Shown here one piece after another: positions 22,406 to 35,804 of a stretch of DNA of 64,000 bases. Position 1 is the first letter of the stretch, and every line of letters begins with the position of its first letter. The stretch comes from Oikopleura dioica (Eukaryota; Animalia; Chordata). The stretch spans positions 1 through 64,000 of the forward strand of contig OU015567.1 in assembly GCA_907165135.1 (NCBI GenBank), given 5' to 3'. The notes under the pieces were generated by a model, which worked only from the letters and a program-made list of their open reading frames with translations, was not told the DNA's origin and searched no databases. A program made the position numbers and the translations under genes.

Positions 22406-25400
22406 ATTTCTGTAAATAAAATTGGCGAGCAATTTTTTGTAAGTGCTAAAATTTTTGATTCACATGTTCGTTTTTTACTTGACACAGGCTCACAATTAAA
22501 TTGTATTTGTAAAAAATATGTTCCAAAAACAAAAAAAATAGAAAAAACAAAAATGGAGGCAGTTAATTATACTGGCGGTAAAATTGAAATTTTTGGAAAA
22601 ATCGAAACCGAATTAATTATTGATAATGTTTCCTGGGGAAAATCCTGGTTTTATGTAGTCTCTGACAATCTGAGCCCCATTTTGGGAGTGCCCGCAATTC
22701 TTGATGATGAAATTTTGATAAACCTTCATCGGAAAAAATTGATTCAAGCAGGCCCTGTCGAACGGTTCGCAAACCTTAATTTAATAAGTTCTGATGAAAA
22801 TGCTACTAATAATTCCGAAAATGAGTCGATCGAAGAGTACGAGGCATTCTCAACAGAAACTTTTTCTTTTAAAGGGAAGTCGGAAAGATTAATTGATTTA
22901 TCGGTTAAAAATTTCAATAAAACAATGAGTCTCTCGTTCGAAAATTCTAATCTTGGTAATTCAAAACTACAACTTATTCCAAGTTTACAAATTGTTGAGA
23001 AAGATTCCCCAATTTTTCGTTTATTGGTAATTAATCCAACAGACACGACAATTCGTATTCCAGCTGGAACAGTTTTTGCTAAATTACATGAAATAGTCGA
23101 AATAGCTCAAATCAAAAACACAAAAAATAAAAATATGGAAAATATCTTAGTCGGAAAAATTAACTCTCCAGAAGTAGAAAAAGATTTTTACGCCCTTTTA
23201 GACCTTGTCACACATTTATTTCTTGATGATGATGATCCCCTTCCCGCGTGTTCTATTGAAAAATTTTCGATTGATACAAATACACAGTGCCCCATTTCTT
23301 CACAGCCTTATAGACAACCATTTAGTTTGCGTCGAGAATGGAAGAATATATTGGATAAATTTTTGGGAAATAAAATAATAGAAAAATGTTCGAGCCCCTG
23401 GAATAGCCCTGCAATTTTGGTAAGGAAAAAAGACGGGCGATGGCGGCTCGTAATTGATTTTCGAAAGCTAAATGATGCAACAATACAAATTCACCACCCT
23501 CTCCCAAATTTAGAAGACTCATTGTCGTATTTAGAGAACAGCAAAATTTTTAGTTCGGTTGACCTCATCAAGGGATTCCATCAGGTAGAATTAACTGAAG
23601 AGTCGAAAAACAAGACGGCATTTACGACTGAACATGGCCAATTTAGATTTTTGAGGATGCCGATGGGCTGCCGCAACGCGCCTGCATTTTTCATGCGAAT
23701 AATTGACCAAGCTTTAAAAGGGGTTGATAAAACAGAAATTTTACCCTATATGGATGATCTATTAGTTCATAGCAAAACAGAAGAAGAGCATTTATTAAAT
23801 CTTAAGAAATTTTTCACTATTCTTGATGCAAATAACCTGCGCATTCATTCGCGCAAAGCGTCGTTTTTTACGAGGTCTGTAAATTTCTGCGGCTATTTTA
23901 TTTCGAATGGCGAAATTTCCCCAACAAAGGACAAAATTAAGGCGATTGAAAACCTTCAAATCCCGACATCAAAAGAAAGTGCACAAAGTCTTTTTGGACT
24001 TTTAAACTATCATAGAAGATTTATTAAAAATTTTGCGGCAATAGCTTTACCAATTACAAAAACGTATCGAAATTCGTTCTGCTGGACGAATGAGGCCACT
24101 CAAGCATTTTTAAAACTCAAGGAAATTATCTGCAATAAAGTTATGAAATTGAGGATCCCCCCAGCCGATCAGGGCGTTTTCGTTTTAGAAACAGATGCAT
24201 CATCTTCGGGATACGGCGGAGTACTGTATATTTGTGATCAAAAGTGTAGAGACGAGAATCATCATCATTCAACAGATTGTTTGGTCCCTGTGAGTTACAA
24301 TAGTGGTAATTTTAATGAAAAACAGTCAAAGTATACAATAATCGAAAAGGAATTATACTCTGCAAAAACTTGTATGACAAAATGGGCTGTTTATCTCTCT
24401 TATACAGAATTCGACTGGATTACAGACAATTCGAATATAAAATATATCAGGTCGATTAGAACAAATAATCAAAAAATTGCAAGATGGATTACAGAGATTC
24501 AGGGATTTTGCTTTCGGACGATCCAAAAACCTTCGTCAAAAATGAAAATTAGCGATTGCTTGAGTAGAAATAATTCTGAAAAAGTCAAAATGAATTCTGT
24601 TCAAATTTCTCAAGATCAATTTTGTGAAATCCAAAAATTAGACCCAACGCTTAGTGAAATTCGAAAATACTTGCAAATTGATAGATGGCCAAATAATCCA
24701 AAAGGCGACATTAATTTTTATTCGTTTCTGAGAGATAAATTGACTATTTCGGAAAGTGGAGAAATAGCTTATATCGATGAGTTTAATAATCGTCGCGTTC
24801 TTGTGCCGAAAAATATTGAAAATGAAATAATAAAAAATTATCACGATTACTGTCATGCAGGAATTGACCAAGTTTTTGCTAAAATTTCGTCGTAATATAT
24901 TTGGCCGCGAATGCGTAACGGAATAAAAGAATTTATTAGAACTTGCTCGTTTTGCCAGAGGGATAAGCCTAATTTTCACCCCAATAGAGCTCCAATTCTA
25001 TCATTCAAAACTCCAGACGGACCTTTTGAAGTTTTCGGATTTGATCTTGTCACGCTTCCTCCAACAGATTTCGGAAATAAATATGTTCTAGTGATGATTG
25101 ATTTTTTCTCGAAATTTGGTTATTGTGAACCCCTCAAATCGCGAGATTCAAAATATCTCCTTGGTAAATTTAAAAGTGTTATTTTTAAAAATCCGTATTT
25201 CCCAAAGAAAGTCATTTTAGATAATGCTCGTGAGCATTCTGAAATGGAAAAATTTATGAGAGAAAATTCGATAGAGCCCCATTTTACACCACCAAGACAT
25301 CCACAGACTAATGGTCAAGTTGAAAATTTTAATAGAACATTGAAAAGTAGACTGCGCGCTAAATGTGATTATAAAAATTGGGATTTATTTTTGCAAGAAA

Positions 25401-26977
25401 TTGTTCATGATATAAATACTTCGCAACATTCGGTAACAAAGAAATCTCCATTTTCGCTTCAATTTGGATTTAAGAATCCTCATGATATTTTTGACCCTAA
25501 TTTTAGAATTAACAACGATCGTGAACAAATTAATTTTGAGTCGATCAAAAAATTATTAGACGAAGAGAAGCAAACAAGGCTTGAAAAATTTTCGAACCCT
25601 AAATTCGTAAAATATAAGGCTGGTGATCAAGTTCTTATTAAAAATTTTCATTCTAAAAAACCAGCCTTTTTAGGCCCCTTTGAAGTCATAAATAGCTCAC
25701 CGGAGGGAACATGGTACACGGTCAGGTCTGGGGAAAAAGAATATCGGAGACACGCCGATCATCTGAAAAAATATCATGAAAGGATTGAAAGAACGGAAAG
25801 CTCGAGTATTCCAAATTTTTCCCCCGACGCTCAAAATTTTACAGAAACACCCGAAAATAATTCTGCTGGATTCTTTGAAAATTTTTCGAGTTGTGTGTAT
25901 TCTCCTGTAGATTCATCTTCAGATGTTAAACTGTTGGAAAATGCGTACGATAAAATTGTCTCTCTTTCGGTCGATAGTATTTTTGAGAATATATTTACAG
26001 ATTTTATGATTGAAACACTAGAATCAATTGAATCTTCGGATGAAGAGGACTCTGTTGTTTCAATTATAGAAAACCAAAATATGACCGTTAATGAAACTTA
26101 AAATTCGTCAATGATGGATAAGATTCCAAAACCAGATGATTTTCCAACACGAGAATCAAATTCGGTTTGTGATTCTGAATGGGAAATAGAAGATCATTCT
26201 CATTGGGAAATCACGCTTGATTCTGAAATTGAGACAGAAACGATTCATAATCAGGTTGATTGTAATTCGGAGCATTTAATTTCATATGACAAATTGGACA
26301 TATCGGCTAATCGGGAGGGCGAACTAGAATTAAATAATTCAAACAAGGCTGAAGGGTTACAAAATGATCGAAAAAGAATACGAGAATCGTCCAAAGATTC
26401 AAATCCCTCTTCAAAAATTCCAAATTTAGAAATTTTAGATATTGAAAATTCTGTTTCCGAAGCCAGTGATTGTTCAGAAATGATATGCGAGCAAAATTTT
26501 AATCTTTCAATCGCTTTTAAATTTGAAAATATTGACAGTGAATTTTTCAAGAATATTGAAGAACGAATAAGGGAGGATGTGGACATTGAGAAAGGGTGTA
26601 TTTTGAAATTGGGAGAGCTAACAAAGGAAGCTCTGAGATTTATTTTGTATAAGTTTGAGGTCTTTTACAATACGACGGAATCTGTAGGTGAATTAAGAAT
26701 TAAAATCAGAGAGTATATCCGTAAGAATCACCCTAATTGGCGAAAAAGCGAATCTGGAGAGTTTTTGTTTTTTTCAGTTCTAAACTTGAAGAAGGAGAAA
26801 ACTCTCTACGATTTGACCAAACCCGAACTTAAGGTCCTTATTTCTGAATACAAACTTCCAAAAACTGCTATTCAAAACAAAACTGAAATGATCGAATTTG
26901 TTAAAATTTCCTTTGAACAAGTTTATCCAAATCATCCAAGAAAAAACAACCAACTTATTTTTGGACCAAGATCTTAA
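22364..26977 (+). pseudogene. pol: D1 pol with two in-frame TAA stops (24893, 26099)
   Basis: ORFs 22553-24895, 24911-26101 and 26111-26977 are in one frame and collinear with A, B, E and F pol; the first stop falls inside the integrase HHCC domain. Confidence 0.93.
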
Positions 26978-27051
26978 GATTCAATAGTTCTTTTTCGAAA
27001 AAAGAAGCTCCAAAAATAGAAAATTTAAAAGATACCCACAACGGGTCATAC

Positions 27052-28124
27052 TGATAAGAATAGCGGAAAAGAACATAAAAAATAAAAATTGAATCTTCCA
27101 CTCACGGCCAGAATTTCGCCAATTAGGTTGATTTTGCATGAAAATCACTTGTTAAACGGACTGAAGATTTATGGAGCCAAATCTTTGGAAAGCATGAGTT
27201 CATCAAAATCTATATTTCTCATTCATAACGTACGCGTTATTTCACATTCTCTGAAGGCACCTTAGCCACCCGTTTCGGCGGTTTTCTTTAATCTTTCTAG
27301 TGTTCAGTTTGTTCTCCTATATTTTCTGACTGGTAATTATTTTTGATGAAATAATTCTTCTCTTTCTTGATATCAACAACGATTCGGACTGCTTTGGAAA
27401 TGCATTATTCTGCTCATAGGAAAATACTTCAATTGGCTCTCTTCTATGATTTCAACGGAGCTGTTGCATGAAATTCATCCTCTAGCTGAGTTCCGCTAAC
27501 GCGGCTTGACACTGTGACCCCGTGATCCTCGGGATGGCGGTGTCTGTAAGTGCTCCTAGGTAGGCAAAATCGATTGAACACTTTTCTGGCTCGCTTCAGG
27601 ATTACTGACCATTCTCCTCAAACCGACAGAACTGCAGCTTCAACGATGGCGGCGACTTCTCCAGCTACTACAACGACGACAACGACAACGCAATGGACTG
27701 ACAATGATTATGGAAATGGACTTGGACAAAGTAAAATAAAAATTGATTAAGAATTCTATCAAGAGTGATATGGCCACATAGTGGGAAGTTGATCTCTTGA
27801 TATGATTTTAATTTGAAATTAATCAAGAAAAAAAAAAAGATTATTACGAGCGTGGCGATTGCGGAAAATTTGATGTAACGAAAAAAACAATTGGCGCGAA
27901 AGCGCCGCGTCATTATTGGAAACAACAACAAAAGCGCGAAATGCGCGAAACGCCTTATTTGGAAATATTTGCACCTGCCAAAAATTGCAAATCTGAAAAT
28001 TTTGAATTTGAATTTCACTCTCTTCATAACCAAAATAATAAAAGCCACGTTTCGTATTTTGAAGCCTCATCCTTAGCAAGACGCAGTTAGATTAGAGAGT
28101 CAGTAATTAGAGTTATCTGCATCA
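27052..28124 (+). repeat. D1 3' LTR
   Basis: Direct repeat of 20244-21316. Confidence 0.96.
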
Positions 28125-29075
28125 GGGCGATTCATGATAACGATGACCATCGTAAAAAATTTTTTTTTTTTTTGAATTTTTTTTCTGTTGGGTTTGAGAG
28201 GCTCAGAATCAACCAAAATGACGCTCGGAAGACTGCAGAAACGCTGCAAATAAAATAAGGGCAAAAACGAACTTTCAAAATTTTGACCTCGTTTTTGGGC
28301 GATTCATGAAAACGATGACCATCGAAAAAAATTTTTTTGAATTTTTTCTGTTGGGTTTGAGAGGCTCAGAATCAATCAAAATGACGCTCGGAAGACGGCA
28401 GAAACGCTGAAAATAAAATTAGGGCAAAAAACGAACTTTCAAAATTTTGACCTCGTTTTTTTGCGATTCATGATAACGATGACCATCGAAAAAAAAAATT
28501 TTTTTTTAAAGAAGGCAGAAACGTTGCAAATAAAATTAGAGCAAAAAACGAATTTCAAAATATTGATCTCATTTTTGGGCGATTCATGATAACGATGAGC
28601 ATCGAAAAAAAAATTTTTTTTTGATTTTTTTTCTGTTGGGTTTGAGAGGCTCAGAATCAACAAAAATGACGCTCGGAAGACGGCAGAAACGCTGCAAATA
28701 AAATAAGGGCAAAAACGAAATTTCAAAATTTTGACCTCGTTTTTGGGCGATTCATGATAACGATGACCATCGAAAAAAATTTTTTTGAATTTTTTCTGTT
28801 GGGTTTGAGAGGCTCAGAATCAACCAAAATGACGCTCGGAAGACGACAAAAACGCTGCAAATAAAATTAGAGCAAAAACGAATTTTCAAAATTTTGACCT
28901 CATTTTTGGGCGATTCATGATAACGATGACCATCGAAAAAAATTTTTTTGATTTTTTTCTGTTGGGTTTGAGAGGCTCAGAATCAACCAAAATGACGCTC
29001 GGAAGACGGCAAAAACGCTGCAAATAAAATAAGGGCAAAAACGAACTTTCAAAATTTTGACCTCGTTTTTGGGCG
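28125..29075. repeat. Satellite block 2
   Basis: Same monomer; shares diagnostic variants (ATATTGATCTC, GATGAGCATC) with block 1. Confidence 0.97.
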
Positions 29076-30141
29076 TGATAAGAATAGCGGAAAAGAACAT
29101 AAAAATAAAAATTGAATCTTCCACTCACGGCCAGAATTTCGCCAATTAGGTTGATTTTGCATGAAAATCACTTGTTAAACGGACTGAAGATTTATGGAGC
29201 CAAATCTTTGGAAAGCATGAGTTCATCAAAATCTATATTTCTCATTCATAACGTACGCGTTATTTCACATTCTCTGAAGGCACCTTAGCCACCCGTTTCG
29301 GCGGTTTTCTTTAATCTTTCTAGTGTTCAGTTTGTTCTCCTATATTTTCTGACTGGTAATTATTTTTGATGAAACAATTCTTCTCTTTCTTGATATCAAC
29401 AACGATTCGGACTGCTTTGGAAATGCATTATTCTGCTCATAGGAAAATACTTCAATTGGCTCTCTTCTATGATTTCAACGGAGCTGTTGCATGAAATTCA
29501 TCCTCTAGCTGAGTTCCGCTAACGCGGCTTGACACTGTGACCCCGTGATCCTCGGGATGGCGGTGTCTGTAAGTGCTCCTAGGTAGGCAAAATCGATTGA
29601 ACACTTTTCTGGCTCGCTTCAGGATTACTGACCATTCTCCTCAAACCGACAGAACTGCAGCGTCAACGATGGCGGCGACTTCTCCAGCTACTACAACGAC
29701 GACAACGACAACGCAATGGACTGACAATGATTATGGAAATGGACTTGGACAAAGTAAAATAAAAATTGATAAAGAATTCTATCAAGAGTGATATGGCCAC
29801 ATAGTGGGAAGTTGATCTCTTGATATGATTTGAATTTGAAATTAATCAAGAAAAAAGATTATTACGAGCGTGGCGATTGCGGAAAATTTGATGTAACGAA
29901 AATAACAATTGGCGCGAAAGCGCCGCGTCATTATTGGAAACAACAACAAAAGCGCGAAATGCGCGAAACGCCTTATTTGGAAATATTTGCACCTGCCAAA
30001 AATTGCAAATCTGAAAATTTTGAATTTGAATTTCACTCTCTTCATAACCAAAATAATAAAAGCCACGTTTCGTATTTTGAAGCCTCATCCTTAGCAAGAC
30101 GCAGTTAGATTAGAGAGTCAGTAATTAGAGTTATCTGCATC

Positions 30142-31194
30142 ATGGCGACCACTAGCGGCGACTCCAATTTCAAGGTAACAAAATGGCCCGAAGATTTTCT
30201 CTTTGCCCCATTTCCTTCCCTTAATTCTCGGCAACATTTTAGGCCCAATATGCTTTCTTACGAATTTCAAATTTCTAAAAGTAATTTGAGCGACAAAATT
30301 TCGGCAATGAAAAATTGTTTTTAAAATCAATCCAAGATCATAACCGAGGGGCCGATCAGACCGAATTAGAAAAAGCTTTTGAAAGACAAGCAGTTGACTG
30401 TATCCGAAACAATTGCTCTCATGATTTCATTTGCAATCACGGGCGGGAAATGGCAAATTTGGAGACCGAAAAAAAGGCTTTTGAATTTTTAGAAACAGTT
30501 TTCGGCAAGGAAACTGAGGACGAAAAGCGGGAGCGGGCCCAAAATGAACTCGATAATATGGCTCGTCGGTCGGAAATGAATGAAAAATTTGGTTCTTATT
30601 TGACGAGAATTCGTACGGTTGCAGGAATTATTTCTGATAAACCGGACGCTGTTTCGTTTATCACAGATGCACATTTTATGAAAAGTTTGGAACCGGCCAA
30701 CAAGTCATTTTTGCGGGATCATGGTTTTAGCAGAAAGAGTGCTCAGGAAATTGCCGATTTTTTGGATTCCAGAGAGCGATTCTTGAGTGTCAGTGTTTCC
30801 TCGATTGAAACGAATTTAGCGTCTTTTGTCGATCAGACAAGTGAAATTCTTGACTCAAGACTCGCTCAAATGGAAGCTAATTATGAACGCAAAAATTCAG
30901 AGCTTTCAGATATGATTAAACAGTTGACTGCGACTGTAGCCAAGCTTGAAATTGAAAAAAGGGAGAGAACTAGTAAGCCCGTACCCCAACCGCCCGCAGC
31001 CATCCCCCCCATATCCGTTTGGATATTCTCAAACGCCTCAGAGTAGCCCTTTCTGTCGCAATTGCAATCAATGGGGTCATACTAAACCCCGTTGCCCCAA
31101 GATTAAATGTTTTGAATGTGATGGGTTCGGTCACATTTCTAGATTTTGTTTGAAGCGTCGGGAGAAAAAGGAATCTGCTGAGCAAAAAAACTAG
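30142..31194 (+). pseudogene. gag: D2 gag, homopolymer frameshifts
   Basis: Pieces 30142-30324, 30315-31046 and 30946-31194 match D1 gag. Confidence 0.9.
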
Positions 31195-34100
31195 CTTTCG
31201 GGACAAATTCTGGTCAAATTTCAATCCCGAAAATTTCTGTAAATAAAATTGGCGAGCAATTTTTTGTAAGTGCTAAAATTTTTGATTCACATGTTCGTTT
31301 TTTACTTGACACAGGCTCACAATTAAATTGTATTTGTAAAAAATATGTTCCAAAAACAAAAAAAATAGAAAAAACAAAAATGGAGGCAGTTAATTATACT
31401 GGCGGTAAAATTGAAATTTTTGGAAAAATCGAAACCGAATTAATTATTGATAATGTTTCCTGGGGAAAATCCTGGTTTTATGTAGTCTCTGACAATCTGA
31501 GCCCCATTTTGGGAGTGCCCGCAATTCTTGATGATGAAATTTTGATAAACCTTCATCGGAAAAAATTGATTCAAGCAGGCCCTGTCGAACGGTTCGCAAA
31601 CCTTAATTTAATAAGTTCTGATGAAAATGCTACTAATAATTCCGAAAATGAGTCGATCGAAGAGTACGAGGCATTCTCAACAGAAACTTTTTCTTTTAAA
31701 GGGAAGTCGGAAAGATTAATTGATTTATCGGTTAAAAATTTCAATAAAACAATGAGTCTCTCGTTCGAAAATTCTAATCTTGGTAATTCAAAACTACAAC
31801 TTATTCCAAGTTTACAAATTGTTGAGAAAGATTCCCCAATTTTTCGTTTATTGGTAATTAATCCAACAGACACGACAATTCGTATTCCAGCTGGAACAGT
31901 TTTTGCTAAATTACATGAAATAGTCGAAATAGCTCAAATCAAAAACACAAAAAATAAAAATATGGAAAATATCTTAGTCGGAAAAATTAACTCTCCAGAA
32001 GTAGAAAAAGATTTTTACGCCCTTTTAGACCTTGTCACACATTTATTTCTTGATGATGATGATCCCCTTCCCGCGTGTTCTATTGAAAAATTTTCGATTG
32101 ATACAAATACACAGTGCCCCATTTCTTCACAGCCTTATAGACAACCATTTAGTTTGCGTCGAGAATGGAAGAATATATTGGATAAATTTTTGGGAAATAA
32201 AATAATAGAAAAATGTTCGAGCCCCTGGAATAGCCCTGCAATTTTGGTAAGGAAAAAAGACGGGCGATGGCGGCTCGTAATTGATTTTCGAAAGCTAAAT
32301 GATGCAACAATACAAATTCACCACCCTCTCCCAAATTTAGAAGACTCATTGTCGTATTTAGAGAACAGCAAAATTTTTAGTTCGGTTGACCTCATCAAGG
32401 GATTCCATCAGGTAGAATTAACTGAAGAGTCGAAAAACAAGACGGCATTTACGACTGAACATGGCCAATTTAGATTTTTGAGGATGCCGATGGGCTGCCG
32501 CAACGCGCCTGCATTTTTCATGCGAATAATTGACCAAGCTTTAAAAGGGGTTGATAAAACAGAAATTTTACCCTATATGGATGATCTATTAGTTCATAGC
32601 AAAACAGAAGAAGAGCATTTATTAAATCTTAAGAAATTTTTCACTATTCTTGATGCAAATAACCTGCGCATTCATTCGCGCAAAGCGTCGTTTTTTACGA
32701 GGTCTGTGAATTTCTGCGGCTATTTTATTTCGAATGGCGAAATTTCCCCAACAAAGGACAAAATTAAGGCGATTGAAAACCTTCAAATCCCGACATCAAA
32801 AGAAAGTGCACAAAGTCTTTTTGGACTTTTAAACTATCATAGAAGATTTATTAAAAATTTTGCGGCAATAGCTTTACCAATTACAAAAACGTATCGAAAT
32901 TCGTTCTGCTGGACGAATGAGGCCACTCAAGCATTTTTAAAACTCAAGGAAATTATCTGCAATAAAGTTATGAAATTGAGGATCCCCCCAGCCGATCAGG
33001 GCGTTTTCGTTTTAGAAACAGATGCATCATCTTCGGGATACGGCGGAGTACTGTATATTTGTGATCAAAAGTGTAGAGACGAGAATCATCATCATTCAAC
33101 AGATTGTTTGGTCCCTGTGAGTTACAATAGTGGTAATTTTAATGAAAAACAGTCAAAGTATACAATAATCGAAAAGGAATTATACTCTGCAAAAACTTGT
33201 ATGACAAAATGGGCTGTTTATCTCTCTTATACAGAATTCGACTGGATTACAGACAATTCGAATATAAAATATATCAGGTCGATTAGAACAAATAATCAAA
33301 AAATTGCAAGATGGATTACAGAGATTCAGGGATTTTGCTTTCGGACGATCCAAAAACCTTCGTCAAAAATGAAAATTAGCGATTGCTTGAGTAGAAATAA
33401 TTCTGAAAAAGTCAAAATGAATTCTGTTCAAATTTCTCAAGATCAATTTTGTGAAATCCAAAAATTAGACCCAACGCTTAGTGAAATTCGAAAATACTTG
33501 CAAATTGATAGATGGCCAAATAATCCAAAAGGCGACATTAATTTTTATTCGTTTCTGAGAGATAAATTGACTATTTCGGAAAGTGGAGAAATAGCTTATA
33601 TCGATGAGTTTAATAATCGTCGCGTTCTTGTGCCGAAAAATATTGAAAATGAAATAATAAAAAATTATCACGATTACTGTCATGCAGGAATTGACCAAGT
33701 TTTTGCTAAAATTTCGTCGTAATATATTTGGCCGCGAATGCGTAACGGAATAAAAGAATTTATTAGAACTTGCTCGTTTTGCCAGAGGGATAAGCCTAAT
33801 TTTCACCCCAATAGAGCTCCAATTCTATCATTCAAAACTCCAGACGGACCTTTTGAAGTTTTCGGATTTGATCTTGTCACGCTTCCTCCAACAGATTTCG
33901 GAAATAAATATGTTCTAGTGATGATTGATTTTTCTCGAAATTTGGTTATTGTGAACCCCTCAAATCGCGAGATTCAAAATATCTCCTTGGTAAATTTAAA
34001 AGTGTTATTTTTAAAAATCCGTATTTCCCAAAGAAAGTCATTTTAGATAATGCTCGTGAGCATTCTGAAATGGAAAAATTTATGAGAGAAAATTCGATAG

Positions 34101-35804
34101 AGCCCCATTTTACACCACCAAGACATCCACAGACTAATGGTCAAGTTGAAAATTTTAATAGAACATTGAAAAGTAGACTGCGCGCTAAATGTGATTATAA
34201 AAATTGGGATTTATTTTTGCAAGAAATTGTTCATGATATAAATACTTCGCAACATTCGGTAACAAAGAAATCTCCATTTTCGCTTCAATTTGGATTTAAG
34301 AATCCTCATGATATTTTTGACCCTAATTTTAGAATTAACAACGATCGTGAACAAATTAATTTTGAGTCGATCAAAAAATTATTAGACGAAGAGAAGCAAA
34401 CAAGGCTTGAAAAATTTTCGAACCCTAAATTCGTAAAATATAAGGCTGGTGATCAAGTTCTTATTAAAAATTTTCATTCTAAAAAACCAGCCTTTTTAGG
34501 CCCCTTTGAAGTCATAAATAGCTCACCGGAGGGAACATGGTACACGGTCAGGTCTGGGGAAAAAGAATATCGGAGACACGCCGATCATCTGAAAAAATAT
34601 CATGAAAGGATTGAAAGAACGGAAAGCTCGAGTATTCCAAATTTTTCCCCCGACGCTCAAAATTTTACAGAAACACCCGAAAATAATTCTGCTGGATTCT
34701 TTGAAAATTTTTCGAGTTGTGTGTATTCTCCTGTAGATTCATCTTCAGATGTTAAACTGTTGGAAAATGCGTACGATAAAATTGTCTCTCTTTCGGTCGA
34801 TAGTATTTTTGAGAATATATTTACAGATTTTATGATTGAAACACTAGAATCAATTGAATCTTCGGATGAAGAGGACTCTGTTGTTTCAATTATAGAAAAC
34901 CAAAATATGACCGTTAATGAAACTTAAAATTCGTCAATGATGGATAAGATTCCAAAACCAGATGATTTTCCAACACGAGAATCAAATTCGGTTTGTGATT
35001 CTGAATGGGAAATAGAAGATCATTCTCATTGGGAAATCACGCTTGATTCTGAAATTGAGACAGAAACGATTCATAATCAGGTTGATTGTAATTCGGAGCA
35101 TTTAATTTCATATGACAAATTGGACATATCGGCTAATCGGGAGGGCGAACTAGAATTAAATAATTCAAACAAGGCTGAAGGGTTACAAAATGATCGAAAA
35201 AGAATACGAGAATCGTCCAAAGATTCAAATCCCTCTTCAAAAATTCCAAATTTAGAAATTTTAGATATTGAAAATTCTGTTTCCGAAGCCAGTGATTGTT
35301 CAGAAATGATATGCGAGCAAAATTTTAATCTTTCAATCGCTTTTAAATTTGAAAATATTGACAGTGAATTTTTCAAGAATATTGAAGAACGAATAAGGGA
35401 GGATGTGGACATTGAGAAAGGGTGTATTTTGAAATTGGGAGAGCTAACAAAGGAAGCTCTGAGATTTATTTTGTATAAGTTTGAGGTCTTTTACAATACG
35501 ACGGAATCTGTAGGTGAATTAAGAATTAAAATCAGAGAGTATATCCGTAAGAATCACCCTAATTGGCGAAAAAGCGAATCTGGAGAGTTTTTGTTTTTTT
35601 CAGTTCTAAACTTGAAGAAGGAGAAAACTCTCTACGATTTGACCAAACCCGAACTTAAGGTCCTTATTTCTGAATACAAACTTCCAAAAACTGCTATTCA
35701 AAACAAAACTGAAATGATCGAATTTGTTAAAATTTCCTTTGAACAACTTTATCCAAATCATCCAAGAAAAAAACAACCAACTTATTTTTGGACCAAGATC
35801 TTAA
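31191..35804 (+). pseudogene. pol: D2 pol, same two TAA stops as D1 plus homopolymer frameshifts
   Basis: ORF 31380-33722 translates to the same 780 aa as 22553-24895; later pieces 33738-34046, 34070-34927 and 34937-35881. Confidence 0.92.

Larger units (their letters stand above)
20244..28124 (+). mobile_element. Element D1: full-length Ty3/gypsy LTR retrotransposon inserted in the satellite
   Basis: LTRs 20244-21316 and 27052-28124; TSD GGGCG at 20239-20243 and 28125-28129. Confidence 0.97.

Noticed and set aside
24893-24895. Alternative genetic code or readthrough (TAA at Lys-aligned positions in D 24893 and A 8222; TAG at a Trp position in F 57323)
   Set aside because: Each is a single-base change, each is private to one family, E has none, and TAA/TAG end gag normally.
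26111-26977. Separate ORF3 or env gene in D
   Set aside because: Same frame as pol and fused to integrase in A, B, E and F; no signal peptide or transmembrane segment; the preceding TAA is most simply a nonsense mutation.
30310-35780. Programmed or biological meaning for the many 1-nt frameshifts in B, D2 and F
   Set aside because: Most lie in A, T or C runs and differ between otherwise identical D1 and D2, typical of long-read consensus error; raw-read polishing is needed.
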